In this document: one piece after another, positions 37,775-47,777 of the stretch | Numbering within the stretch: position 1 is the stretch's first letter | Layout: each line of letters starts with the position of its first letter | From: Candidatus Latescibacterota bacterium | GTDB taxonomy: Bacteria; Latescibacterota; UBA2968; UBA8231 | Assembly: GCA_965248355.1 (NCBI GenBank) | Contig: OZ252098.1 | Coordinates: 4,352,001-4,416,000 of the forward strand | DNA: 64,000 bases | Reading direction: 5' to 3' | The notes under the pieces: generated by a model | What the model saw: the letters and a program-made list of their open reading frames with translations, nothing else | The model's database searches: none | Told to the model about the DNA's origin: nothing | Position numbers and translations under genes: made by a program

Positions 37775-40700
37775 TCAGGGGCTCTCCAAGGAGCCCAGCA
37801 CCTGCGCCGCCATGGACATCTCCACCCCCCTCGCCCGGGCCGCGGCCAGTTGCTGCCTCGCCTCCTCGCCGCGGCCGCCCGCGGCCAGGGCCACGACCAA
37901 GTTGTTGCAGGCCGCCCGGTTTCTCGGCGCCAGGCGCACCGCCTCCCGGAAGTGGCCGACGGCTTCTTCAAGCCGGCCCTCTCCGTCGAGGAGCACGCCG
38001 GCGGCGATGTGGGCCCGGACGTAATCGGGTCTCAGCCTCAGGGCCTCCACCTGCGCGGCCAGGGCCTCGGCCCTCCGGCCCTGGCCAGCCAGCAGGGTTC
38101 CCAGGCTGTAGTGCGCTTCCGCCAGACCCGGGTCGGCCTTCAGCGCCCGCCGGTAGTGGACGGCGGCGGCCTCCGGGTCGCCCTGCAGGCGCCGGATGTT
38201 TCCGAGGCCCAGGTGGGAGGCGGCCGAACCGGGGGTCAGCTCGAGGCCTCGCTCCAGGGCCCGTGCCGCCCCGGCCAGATCACCGGCCGCGGCCAGCACC
38301 AGGCCCAGGTCCTGGTGCGCCCGGGCTCCGTCGGGCCGCTGCAGGATGGCCCGCCGCAGCACCTGCGCGGCCCGGGGGTGAAGACCGGCCTTGGCCTGGC
38401 GATCGGCGAGTCCCAACAGCTCCCGGTAGGTGCGTCCCTCGAGGGCCGTCTCCTCGACCTGGGCCAGGCGGCCGGTGCGCTCCAGGAGGATGAGGAGCCC
38501 CGGGTGGTCCGGCCGCAGGCTCCGGGCCCGCTCGAGGTGGGCCTGCCACCCCGGTTGGCGCCGCTCCCGCCGCAGGGTCGCCTCCACCACCAACGCGCTC
38601 GCCTCCCGCGTGCGCTCGAGCGCTTCGAGGAGGTCACCGTCCCGCACCGGGTCCAGGCCTGTCAGGTAGGCCGCCACCGGCCGGCGCTGCCGGGAGAGCA
38701 GCTCATAGACCGCCAACTGGCTGTGCAGGCTGGGCTTGGAGGGCGCGAACTCGAGCACCGGGCGGTCCACGGTGTGCAGGGGCGCGCCGGCCAGCTCGCC
38801 GGCCAGGCCGCTCTCGTCGGTGAGGAAGCAGTCCAGCAGCAGCACGGGGTCGCCGAGGCGCACCTGGGCGAGTCCGGCGGCGGCCTGATCCGCGAAGCGG
38901 TCCAGGAAGCCCGCCGCATCGATGCGCAGCGGTTCCAGGGAGCCGACGAGCAGGGCGTGCTTGGTGTAGTGCGTGTTGGCCGCCCAGATCGTGAAGTGGG
39001 GGAAGACGGAGTGGAAGGTGCGCAGGATGGTGAGGAAGCTCTGCAACCGCATGTCCAGGGGCAGCCAGCTGGTCATCAGCCCCCCGGGCCGCAGCCGTTC
39101 CCTCCCGGCGGCGAAGTGCTCGCGCGTGTAGAGGCCGGAGTTGCCGGCGTAGTACGGCCAGATCGAGTCGTTGAGGATCAGGTCGTAGCTTCGCCGGGTG
39201 AGGCGCAGGAAGCTGGCGCCGTCGGTGACGAAGGGCGTGACCGACGGATGGCCCAGGACGCCGTGGTTGATGTCCCGAAAGAAACCGTCCGCCTCATCGA
39301 GGACCGACCGGCTGATCTCGGCCACGTCGAGGGAACAGCCCGGGTAGCCGGTGAGGATGCGGGCCGTCTCTCCCGATCCGAAGCCGATTTGCAGCACCTG
39401 ACGGGGCTCCCGGTGCAGCAGCGCCGGGATGTGGGCCTGCAGCATCTGGGTCGTGCGCAGGGTCAGGGTCGTGCCCGCCACGTTGATCGATCCGGTGGAG
39501 ATCACCCGGTCGCCGTTGGGCAGCTCGTGCACGGTGGTGATCCCGCCGGCGCCCTCCCGCGCGTGCAGGAGGCGCGTGCGGCTGTCGACCTCCCGTTCCC
39601 CCGCGTTGTACAACCGGAAGAGCAGGTCCGACGGCAGCACCAGGAGCCCCAACCCCGCCGCCGCCCAGGAGGCGACGATGGCGCGGCGCCAGGCCGTCGA
39701 GTGGCGCCGGACCCGCGCCGGGGCCGCCACCAGGACGGCAGCCGCCAGGGCGAGGTTGACACAGGCCAGCAGCGCCAGGCTGTGCTGGGTCCCGAGGAGG
39801 GGGGCCAGACAGAAGCCTCCCATGAGCGAGCCGAGCACGGCCCCCGCGGTATTGGCGGCGTAGACGCGCCCCACGGCCTCGCCGACGCCTCGTCCCGGGG
39901 CCGCCAGTCGAGCTACGAGGGGCAGGGACATCCCCATCATCAGGGTCGGGGGCAGCATGACCGCCGCCGAAAACCCCAGCTGGCGGAGGGTGCGCGCCCC
40001 CCACGATCCGTCGGCGGCCACCTGGACACTCTCGAGACCGCCGATGACGAAGATCGAGACCAGGGCCGACAGACCGATGCCGGCCTGCAGTCCGCTCAGC
40101 CGGCGCCAGGCGGAGGCGGGTCCTCGCTCCCGGAGGCCCCGCTCCCAGGCGCCGAGCAGCAGTCCTCCGAGTCCGAGGCCGGTGAGGAAGGTGGTCAGCA
40201 TCACCGAGAAGGCGTAGGTGGTGGTCTTGAGCTTGAAGACCAGCAGCCGGGTCCACAGGACCTCGTAACCGAGGGCGGAGAACCCGGAGGCGGCCGCGAC
40301 GCCGAGAAGCAGGAGCGTGGCGGGCCCGGGCGCTTCCGGCGCGGAAGGGGCGGCCTCCGGACCCGGAGCGGACCTGGGCCCACGCCGGCGGTGCACGCTG
40401 CGCAGCACCAGGAAAGCGGCCGCCAGCAGCAGGTTGAGGGCCGCGGCGGCGGCGATGCTGCCGCGCACGCCGAGATGCTCCACCAGGAAGAAGCCGGTGA
40501 TCAGGCAGCCCGCGGCGGCGCCCGCCGTGTTCAGTCCGTAGAGCATTCCCACGCCGCCGGCCAGGTCTCGCGGCTGCCGGATCAGGTAGCGGCTGAGCAC
40601 CGGCAGGGTGCCTCCCATCAGGAAGCTGGGCGCCATCAGCAGGAGGAAGGCCAGCAGCCCGCGGCAGACCGTCAGCAGCCAGAGGCTGTGCGGGGCGGCC

Positions 40701-40996
40701 CTGAACAGGAGGCCGTACAACCCGTCCATCCGGTCCAGGACCGGGATGACGGCCACCGCCGAGAGCGCGATTCCGACCTCGATGGCGGCGTAGAGTCCGA
40801 GCTCGTCACCCGGCCGCCGGTCTACGCGGCGTCCGAAGTACCAGTTGCCCAGGGCCAACCCGGCCATGAAGGCCGCGAGCACGGCGCTGACCGCGTAGGT
40901 CGTGTTGCCGAAGACGAAGGCGAAGGCCCGCGTCCAGGCGACCTCGTAGATCAGGCCGGTGACGCCGGACAGCAGGAAGAGGACGCGGAGAGCCAT
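37775..40996 (-). CDS. Fused MFS-like membrane / spermidine-synthase-like SAM domain protein with C-terminal TPRs
   Basis: SGVTGLIYEVAW, VLAAFMAGLALG, LYGLNTAGA (repeated half); QIGFGSG, DVAEIS, YDLILND, LYTREHF; TPR tail. Confidence 0.9.
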   Translation of the reverse strand: MALRVLFLLSGVTGLIYEVAWTRAFAFVFGNTTYAVSAVLAAFMAGLALGNWYFGRRVDRRPGDELGLYAAIEVGIALSAVAVIPVLDRMDGLYGLLFRAAPHSLWLLTVCRGLLAFLLLMAPSFLMGGTLPVLSRYLIRQPRDLAGGVGMLYGLNTAGAAAGCLITGFFLVEHLGVRGSIAAAAALNLLLAAAFLVLRSVHRRRGPRSAPGPEAAPSAPEAPGPATLLLLGVAAASGFSALGYEVLWTRLLVFKLKTTTYAFSVMLTTFLTGLGLGGLLLGAWERGLRERGPASAWRRLSGLQAGIGLSALVSIFVIGGLESVQVAADGSWGARTLRQLGFSAAVMLPPTLMMGMSLPLVARLAAPGRGVGEAVGRVYAANTAGAVLGSLMGGFCLAPLLGTQHSLALLACVNLALAAAVLVAAPARVRRHSTAWRRAIVASWAAAGLGLLVLPSDLLFRLYNAGEREVDSRTRLLHAREGAGGITTVHELPNGDRVISTGSINVAGTTLTLRTTQMLQAHIPALLHREPRQVLQIGFGSGETARILTGYPGCSLDVAEISRSVLDEADGFFRDINHGVLGHPSVTPFVTDGASFLRLTRRSYDLILNDSIWPYYAGNSGLYTREHFAAGRERLRPGGLMTSWLPLDMRLQSFLTILRTFHSVFPHFTIWAANTHYTKHALLVGSLEPLRIDAAGFLDRFADQAAAGLAQVRLGDPVLLLDCFLTDESGLAGELAGAPLHTVDRPVLEFAPSKPSLHSQLAVYELLSRQRRPVAAYLTGLDPVRDGDLLEALERTREASALVVEATLRRERRQPGWQAHLERARSLRPDHPGLLILLERTGRLAQVEETALEGRTYRELLGLADRQAKAGLHPRAAQVLRRAILQRPDGARAHQDLGLVLAAAGDLAGAARALERGLELTPGSAASHLGLGNIRRLQGDPEAAAVHYRRALKADPGLAEAHYSLGTLLAGQGRRAEALAAQVEALRLRPDYVRAHIAAGVLLDGEGRLEEAVGHFREAVRLAPRNRAACNNLVVALAAGGRGEEARQQLAAARARGVEMSMAAQVLGSLESP

Positions 40997-40997
40997 C

Positions 40998-42569
40998 TCA
41001 GGCACCCAGGCGCCGCAGGGCGGCGTCGAGGTCCGGCCGGCGCCGGGGAGGGACGAAGGAGACGGCCTTGCGGAGGAGAGCCAGTCCCCCCGCCCGGCGG
41101 AAGCGCTCCCGGTCGGCGGTAGTCAGCCGTCCGAAGAGGGTCAACTGCCGCTCGACCAGTTCCGCCACCCGTTCGCGCAGCAGCGGCGGCGGGGAGAGGT
41201 AGGGCATGTTGCGCAGGAAGAAGATCAGGTCGTTGTGGGCCAGGGCGTCCGCCAGCCCGGTGTAGCCGAGGCGGTCCCGGCAGGACTCGAAGCCGGCCGC
41301 CGGCCGCGGGGTTCCCCATCCGGAGGCCGGGTCGCGGGCGGCCATCTCCTCGATCAAGGTGCGGGCCAGCAGGTAGTGGCCGTAGATCGTGGGGTGCAGG
41401 TAGTCGGTCATCAGCCTGTTGCCGACGATGCCCGCGGGGGAGGCCGCGGCAAAGGCGGCCTCCACGTCGGAGACGATCACGTTGGCATGGCGCCGGCCGG
41501 TCTCCCGCAGGATCTCGTTGAACACCGCCGGGGCGCGAAAAGGCACGCGGTCCAGGTCGCGGGCCAGGCGGAAGGAGGCCAGGGCCTCGCGGCCTCTCCC
41601 CTCCATCTCCTGCAGCCGGCCCAGCTCGAAATGGGCGGCGGCGCACTGCGGCGATTTCCTCAGCGATTCTCCGGCCAGGACTCGCAACGGCTCCCTCCGT
41701 CCCTGACGGCGGAGGGCCCCCGCTTCGGCGGCCAGGTCCGCGCCGGTGCCGCCGCTGCACTCCGAGCGCAGGGGATAGAACCCGCCGAGGTTCGACACGA
41801 GGGTTCCCAGCAGGACCGGGACGCCTCTCTCGGCGGCGGCGTCCGCCAGGTCGTCGAGATTGGCCCGGTAGTTGTCCGCCGTACTCGCGTAGCTGCCATG
41901 GGTCCAGTCGATCTGCTCGGTCACCAGGTGCAGCCCGAAGCGCGGCGGCTCCCCAGCGGCCAGCGAGGACAGGCCGAAGACCAGCTCCCTGGCGGCGTGG
42001 TAGAGCCGGGATCTCTCCAGCTGCATGTGCGCCCGGATCAGCCACCGCGCGTTGCCCAGCCGCACGAAAGGCGTCGTCGGGCCGTAGGGGCCCACGAACT
42101 CGTTGTGGCCCATGTAGAGGACGATCAGGTCCGGATCGTAGTCGAGGATCTCGCGCGCGAAGTCGAGGACGCAGTGGCTGTTGACGGCCGTGATTCCGCA
42201 GTTGATGACCTCGAAGCGGCGGTCCGGGAAGGCGTCGGCGAGCATCAGCTGGAGAAAGCTCGGGAAGTCGAGACCGGGGGCGTTGGGGAAGCCCACGAGG
42301 GTGGAGCCCCCGAGAGCGAAGAGGCGCACCGTACCCGGCGCCTTGCGGGCGGCGAAGTCGCTGGCCACCGGCCGGCGGAGCAGGTGAGGGGGAAAGAAGC
42401 GGTGCGTGACCTCGGGATTGACGGTGTAGGTCCGCGAGGTCTCGTCGAGCAGGAACAGGTTGTTCGGCGGTCCGTAGCCGACCGCCCGGAGGCCGAGTTC
42501 CGCCAGCCCGAGAACCCCGAAGCCCCCCAGCAGGGCCAGAAGGTTGGCCCTGCTGGGCCGGGGCCTCAG
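40998..42569 (-). CDS. Membrane-anchored SGNH/GDSL hydrolase-fold protein with TPR insert
   Basis: LGGST (block I), NCGITA, YMGHNEF, TDYLHP. Start inferred at a CTG overlapping the upstream TGA. Confidence 0.8.
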   Translation of the reverse strand: MRPRPSRANLLALLGGFGVLGLAELGLRAVGYGPPNNLFLLDETSRTYTVNPEVTHRFFPPHLLRRPVASDFAARKAPGTVRLFALGGSTLVGFPNAPGLDFPSFLQLMLADAFPDRRFEVINCGITAVNSHCVLDFAREILDYDPDLIVLYMGHNEFVGPYGPTTPFVRLGNARWLIRAHMQLERSRLYHAARELVFGLSSLAAGEPPRFGLHLVTEQIDWTHGSYASTADNYRANLDDLADAAAERGVPVLLGTLVSNLGGFYPLRSECSGGTGADLAAEAGALRRQGRREPLRVLAGESLRKSPQCAAAHFELGRLQEMEGRGREALASFRLARDLDRVPFRAPAVFNEILRETGRRHANVIVSDVEAAFAAASPAGIVGNRLMTDYLHPTIYGHYLLARTLIEEMAARDPASGWGTPRPAAGFESCRDRLGYTGLADALAHNDLIFFLRNMPYLSPPPLLRERVAELVERQLTLFGRLTTADRERFRRAGGLALLRKAVSFVPPRRRPDLDAALRRLGA

Positions 42570-45500
42570 TAGGCGACGGCGATGAGGCGTTGGTCTGCCT
42601 TTCTCGACGCGCCGGCGTCGTCGACGTCGACCTCGACGCGGCACAGGTACAGCCCCGGGGAGACGAGATTGCCGGACCCGTCGGACCCGTCCCAGTGGAA
42701 GGTCTGGTCGCCGAAGGTGACGCGCTCCTCCCGCCACACGAGGCGGCCGCCGAGGTCGTAGATCCTCACCTCCACCGGCCGCGCCACGTTGACGTTGCCC
42801 ACCGAGAACCGGACCTCGGTGCGGTCGTTGATACCATCGCCGTTCGGCGTGAAGGTCCTCGGCTCGACCTCGATGGCGCGAACCACCCGCCGGCTGATGG
42901 GGACTGCGATGCTGAGACCGCTGCCTGGCCGTATGGTGGTGGCGTCGCCCGCATCGACCTGCTGCCAGGCGGGCCGCCCCTGGGAGTCGCGGATGGCCAC
43001 GTCGAGGGTCGTTCCGTTCAGCAGGACCTTGGCGCGGAAACCGATGCGGACCAGCTCGCCGGCGGCTTGCACGAGGCCTCGCTCGGACTGCGGCAGCTGG
43101 TTGTACGAGGCTTCGGTCAGCGACACGCCCTGGCGATCGTAGGGGAACTCTCCTCCCAAGCCGACGAGCTTGCGGAAGTAGCGGATCTCGCCCCTGACGG
43201 AGTCGGGCAGAGCGCGATAGTCGAACTCGCCCACCTCCTCCTGCTGCGGGTCCCCGTCGTCGGTGTGTCCGGTGACCTGGAAGTGCAGGATCCTCCCCTG
43301 CTGCTCGATGGGCAGGCCCAGGTAGGTCAGCTCACTCAGGATCCGGCCGTCCTCATCGACGGGCACCTCGTCATCTTCCTCGACGATCTTCCGGTGGAAG
43401 ACCCGGGTCTGACCACTCTCGGGCAGGGAAGCGACCCTGCGCGGCAGCCTCAGGATGATCCGGGAGGTCTCCTCCGATCCGGGGACGCCCGCCACACGAC
43501 CTTGCAGGACCTTCAGGGTGTCGCCCGAAGAGGGATCGAGGAGGGCCGCGAAGGGGCCGTCGTCGCCCTCGAACCAGTTCGTCGGCTCGCCGGTGACCGG
43601 GTCGGTCCGGGACGCCAACTCGGAGAACCGCTGGGCGGTGCCGTCGGCCATGGCTCCGTCGTCACCGACCGCCAGGTGCAGCAACTCGAACTCCTGGATC
43701 GGGTCGGCGTCGACCAGGAACTCGTCGAAACGGCTGCTCGGCTCGCCGTCGGGATCCAGTTCGATGAAGGTGGGCCGCACGAAGAGCTCGAATTCCTGCT
43801 GGCTGCGCGGATCGGCCTCCGACGGCCACACCTCGGCCAGGGAGTTGAGGGCCGTCGGGGGCAAGAGCTCCAACTCGATCGAGCGCAGGGTGGCGGCCAG
43901 GTCCGGCGTCTCGGACAGCAGCCGCGCCTGGATCTGCAGGTACCTGCGGGGGCTCGGCGAGGTCACCCGCTGGCCCGGCGCCAGGTAGCGCTGGCTCCAG
44001 GAGCTCCAGCCGCCGCCAGGGACCCGCCGGGGCACGATGGGCCCCTTGAAGCTGGTAGGCAGCTTGTTGTATTCGTCCTCCGTCTTGGGCTCGCCGCCGC
44101 TGCCGTAGAACTCGGTCACGTCCACCAGGCGGTCGCCGGTGCGCGTGCGGATCTCCACGTCCATCCTCTCCGGGTCCGGCACGTCCGCCTCCCAGGAGAC
44201 GGCGCCCAGGAAGGTGGCTCCCGGCAACTCGATGATGGGGGAGGTGAGGGTGACCTGGGAGGGGTAGCCCGACCCGAAGATCTGCAGCTCGCGGATGCGG
44301 TCGCCGGTGTTGTATCCGCCCGCACGGCCCGGCGAGTCGGAGAAGATCTGCGTGCGCACGTAGCGCACCGGCCGTGGCTCGGGGAGGGAGATCTCGATGT
44401 TGCTGCGTCCCTGCCCGCTCGGGTCGCGGTCGATCTCGCTGAAGCGCAGATTGCCGTTCGGGTCGAGACTGCCGTCCGAGACCCAGGTGACCATCTCGTC
44501 GACGCCGTTGACGGAGCCCACCATGCGGAAGAAGTCGAGCCAGAAGCGGGCCCCCAGATCGAGGGTCATGATGCCCCGGTTCGCGAACCGCGCGTCCGGC
44601 GACCACACGAGCTGCAGGTAGTTGCTCTCGTAGAGGCCGTCGAACCCCGGATCGCCGGCGAAGTTCCCGGTCAGGTCCACGTGGCCGCCGCCGTCGATCA
44701 CGCCGAGGGAGATGTTGTCCCCCTGGGTCCAGACCTCGACTTCGGCCAGGCGCGGGCGCTCGCGCTGGTAGTAGACGAGGGATCCCTTGCGATCGTCGCC
44801 GACCTTGTCGTAGACCTCCTTCGCCACCCGTGTCTCGGCGCCGGTGGCGTTGACGATGTGGTACTCGATGCTGCCGCGGTCCTCGAGGGGAAGGGCGAGG
44901 TACTCCTCCTCCGAGGCCAGTCGGCGGAACCGGTCGAAGCGGCTGTCGGTGACGGCGATGCGCAGGCGGTGGAGCTGTCTGTAGCCGCCCTCGATGTCGA
45001 ACTCGACGACCGGTTCGGAGCCCACGCTCTGGAGGGCCGGGTGCGAGCCGAGGTCGAAGCTCACCACCTGGTGCTCCACGTTCGGCGTGTTCGTGCTGGC
45101 GATCAGCTGGAGGGCCGCCTCGCGCAGGTGGGAGGCGGCGCCGAGGATGCGGAACTGGCGAAAGGGCTCACCCGCCCCTGGATCGGCGAACCGCAGCACG
45201 ATATGCCGGACCGGCACGACACGGCCGAGCTCGATGTCGACGTACCATTCGGACAGGTCGTGGCTGTGGAACTCGACCTGCCGGAGGGCGGTGGGCGCCG
45301 CGAGCCAGGCCAGTGAATCCACCCGGGCCAGATCGCCCACGTCGTCCGGGGCGAGGAAGATCTTCGGGCCGCGCCTGGCCTCCGGCAGGGCCAGCCACTC
45401 GCTCTCCGAGACCAGGGTCGTCGGCTCCCAGTAGGTGGAGGGGTCGCCGTCCAGAATGTTGGGCGCCGTCTCGGCATTGCGGGGTGTGTAGCGGATGCCG

Positions 45501-45946
45501 CCGTAATAATAGGACCACTCGATCGAGTCCCCGGCCTTGATGCCCTTCTTCTCGTTGTCCTTGAGGTGAACGATGGGGACGCCCGCCACGGAGGCCGCCT
45601 GGGAGCGGATGTTCAGGGGCATGACGCCCCCCTCCCGGTTGACGTCCTTGCCCAGCTTGTCGAGGGCCTTCTGGTTGCCGATCAGGATCGTGAACCGGTC
45701 CATGTCGGTGATGGCGTTGGTCTGCTTGCGCACCAGTTGCGGGCGCACGAAGCCGCCCTCCGGATCGACGTCGGTCGCGTGGCGGGGCCGCTGCCAGAGG
45801 GCCCAGTCCTCGGCCCGGTCGATGACGATCCGGTCGCCGGTGATCCGGAATCCGTCCTCGGCTCCCGCCGTCGTGGCGGACCCGAGGCCGGCTCCCGCGG
45901 TGATGACCCCCAACCACCCCCACCATCCGAAGGCTCGACGTTTCAT
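42566..45946 (-). CDS. Large secreted protein with FTPNGDGIND / FlgD-Ig CTD ending LIAVAY (paralog 1)
   Basis: GAGGA RBS, signal peptide; RTRTGD, WSSWS, SPSPRRYLQ, AEVWP core; CTD YDLGGRLV...WDGSD...PGLY. Confidence 0.85.
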   Translation of the reverse strand: MKRRAFGWWGWLGVITAGAGLGSATTAGAEDGFRITGDRIVIDRAEDWALWQRPRHATDVDPEGGFVRPQLVRKQTNAITDMDRFTILIGNQKALDKLGKDVNREGGVMPLNIRSQAASVAGVPIVHLKDNEKKGIKAGDSIEWSYYYGGIRYTPRNAETAPNILDGDPSTYWEPTTLVSESEWLALPEARRGPKIFLAPDDVGDLARVDSLAWLAAPTALRQVEFHSHDLSEWYVDIELGRVVPVRHIVLRFADPGAGEPFRQFRILGAASHLREAALQLIASTNTPNVEHQVVSFDLGSHPALQSVGSEPVVEFDIEGGYRQLHRLRIAVTDSRFDRFRRLASEEEYLALPLEDRGSIEYHIVNATGAETRVAKEVYDKVGDDRKGSLVYYQRERPRLAEVEVWTQGDNISLGVIDGGGHVDLTGNFAGDPGFDGLYESNYLQLVWSPDARFANRGIMTLDLGARFWLDFFRMVGSVNGVDEMVTWVSDGSLDPNGNLRFSEIDRDPSGQGRSNIEISLPEPRPVRYVRTQIFSDSPGRAGGYNTGDRIRELQIFGSGYPSQVTLTSPIIELPGATFLGAVSWEADVPDPERMDVEIRTRTGDRLVDVTEFYGSGGEPKTEDEYNKLPTSFKGPIVPRRVPGGGWSSWSQRYLAPGQRVTSPSPRRYLQIQARLLSETPDLAATLRSIELELLPPTALNSLAEVWPSEADPRSQQEFELFVRPTFIELDPDGEPSSRFDEFLVDADPIQEFELLHLAVGDDGAMADGTAQRFSELASRTDPVTGEPTNWFEGDDGPFAALLDPSSGDTLKVLQGRVAGVPGSEETSRIILRLPRRVASLPESGQTRVFHRKIVEEDDEVPVDEDGRILSELTYLGLPIEQQGRILHFQVTGHTDDGDPQQEEVGEFDYRALPDSVRGEIRYFRKLVGLGGEFPYDRQGVSLTEASYNQLPQSERGLVQAAGELVRIGFRAKVLLNGTTLDVAIRDSQGRPAWQQVDAGDATTIRPGSGLSIAVPISRRVVRAIEVEPRTFTPNGDGINDRTEVRFSVGNVNVARPVEVRIYDLGGRLVWREERVTFGDQTFHWDGSDGSGNLVSPGLYLCRVEVDVDDAGASRKADQRLIAVAY

Positions 45947-46056
45947 CGGCAACCATCCTCGCTGGCCGCGCCCTGGCACTCCGGCGCGGCGGTGGCCGCA
46001 TGGGCTGCGGCAGTGCCCGGAAGCGCTAACTATAGTAGCACACGCGAGTCCGCCGG

Positions 46057-47751
46057 TCACGTCCCGCCCTCGGGGGTGACGCCCGCCAGCAGCGCCTCCG
46101 GGAGGGCGGCCTCGAGGCGGTCCTCGAAGACCTGGACCTCCCCCTGGCGGCGCTGCCGCGTGGCCTCCAGCCAGTCCTCGAACAACCGCCGCTCGAAGCC
46201 GGCCACCAGGGAGGCCCTGGCGCGGGCCCGGGCCTCGTCGAACTCCTGGATCCTCTCCGGCTGCCTGCGGACGACCTTGATCAGCACCCACGCCTTGTCC
46301 TGCAGCGAAATCGGACCTGTCACCTCTCCGATCGGGGTCTCCTCCAGGGCCGTCCAGAGCTCGGGCAGCACCTGCCGGGACAGACTGTTGGCGCACAGCA
46401 GGCCGTTCGCCCGGCGCCGCCGGATGGTATTGCCTCGCAGGCGGGAGAGTTCGAGGAGCTGAACGTCGTCGTCGATCTGTCCCAGGACCTGGTCGGCCTC
46501 CTGGCGGGTCCGGAACAGGATCTCGTCGAAGCAGGCCTCCGCGGGCAGGCGGAAGCTCTCCAGGTGCTCCTCGTAGTAGGCACGGACCCGCTCTTCGGTG
46601 GCCATGGAATCGGCGCTGCTGACGATTTGCCCCCGCAGGCTGTGCAACATCATCTCCGGATGCACCTGGTCCCGCCACTGAACGATCTCCGGGTCCGCGG
46701 CAAGACCGCGGCGGCCGGCGTCGACCAGCAGCAGGGCGCGGCCCTGGAGGAGGCGCTGCCCCAGGGCCACGGAGAAGCCGCTGTCCGTCAAGGCCCGGCG
46801 GGTGCGCACCCTGTGCTCGCGGATCGCCTCCAGGTAATCCTCCACGGTCACGGACCCGCCTTCGAAGGTGAACAGCGGCTTCCGGGCCTCGGCCGTGGTC
46901 AGCGGCCGGACCCGGCGGCTGCCGGTGTCGAGACCGGCCAGGAACCCGAGGCCGCCGGCATCCGGAGCCCAGTTCAGCTCGCGGGCCAGCACCTCGACCC
47001 GCTGGTCCTCGATCTCCTGGCGGGCCTCACGGACCAGCCGTTGCCGCACGCGGTCTCGCAGGGAGGGGTCGGTGGAGGTGCGGTCGTCGAGGAACCGGAC
47101 CAGGTGCCAGTTGCGGCCCAGCGGCAGGGGCGGGGAGACCTCCCCGGCGGCCAGGGAGTCGAAGACCGCCGCGGGGATGCCGGCTCGCGGCGCCGTGAGA
47201 CGATTGAGATAGCCCACTGCACCGGCCCGTGAACCGCTCGCCCCGGCCAGCTCCTCGAACCGCTGCCCCCGCGCGAGGTCGGCGCGCAGCCGCAGCGCCT
47301 CCTCCTCCGACTCGACGAGGATCGCCTGAGCCAGGCGCTCCCGGGCCAGTCCCATGTCCTTTATGTAGGTTTCGACCTCGTCGGTGGTCACCTCGACGGG
47401 GGGGATCTCGCGCTGGCGGTGGAGGGACAGGACCCGGTCCTCCGACTTGCGCCGCAGCCGGCGCAGCAGTTCCGGATCCTCGGGCAGGCCTCGCGCTTCC
47501 GCCTCCAGCAGCATGAGCTCGCGATCGACCAGCGTCTGCAGGTAGTCGCGGCGCGCCTGCGGCCCCTTCTGCGAGGTCCGCAGCCCGGGGGGAAGGGTCA
47601 TGACGAATCGGCGCAGGGCCTCCTCGTCGATCGGCCGGCCCGCAACCCGGGCGACGACGACGGCGCCGTCCTCGCCACAGCCGCTGCAGGCCAACCCGAT
47701 CAGCATGGCGGTCATCCCCGAAAGAGGTCCGCTGGCTCTTTGCATGGTCAT
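46057..47751 (-). CDS. Parvulin/PpiC-type foldase lipoprotein (PrsA/SurA-like) with duplicated architecture
   Basis: Lipobox-like ACSGC; VVARVAGRPI; FEELA...GEVSPPL...WHLV and a second GEVTGPI...FDEAR unit. Confidence 0.8.
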   Translation of the reverse strand: MTMQRASGPLSGMTAMLIGLACSGCGEDGAVVVARVAGRPIDEEALRRFVMTLPPGLRTSQKGPQARRDYLQTLVDRELMLLEAEARGLPEDPELLRRLRRKSEDRVLSLHRQREIPPVEVTTDEVETYIKDMGLARERLAQAILVESEEEALRLRADLARGQRFEELAGASGSRAGAVGYLNRLTAPRAGIPAAVFDSLAAGEVSPPLPLGRNWHLVRFLDDRTSTDPSLRDRVRQRLVREARQEIEDQRVEVLARELNWAPDAGGLGFLAGLDTGSRRVRPLTTAEARKPLFTFEGGSVTVEDYLEAIREHRVRTRRALTDSGFSVALGQRLLQGRALLLVDAGRRGLAADPEIVQWRDQVHPEMMLHSLRGQIVSSADSMATEERVRAYYEEHLESFRLPAEACFDEILFRTRQEADQVLGQIDDDVQLLELSRLRGNTIRRRRANGLLCANSLSRQVLPELWTALEETPIGEVTGPISLQDKAWVLIKVVRRQPERIQEFDEARARARASLVAGFERRLFEDWLEATRQRRQGEVQVFEDRLEAALPEALLAGVTPEGGT

Positions 47752-47777
47752 TTTGCGAGTCTATCCTGAAACGGGGG

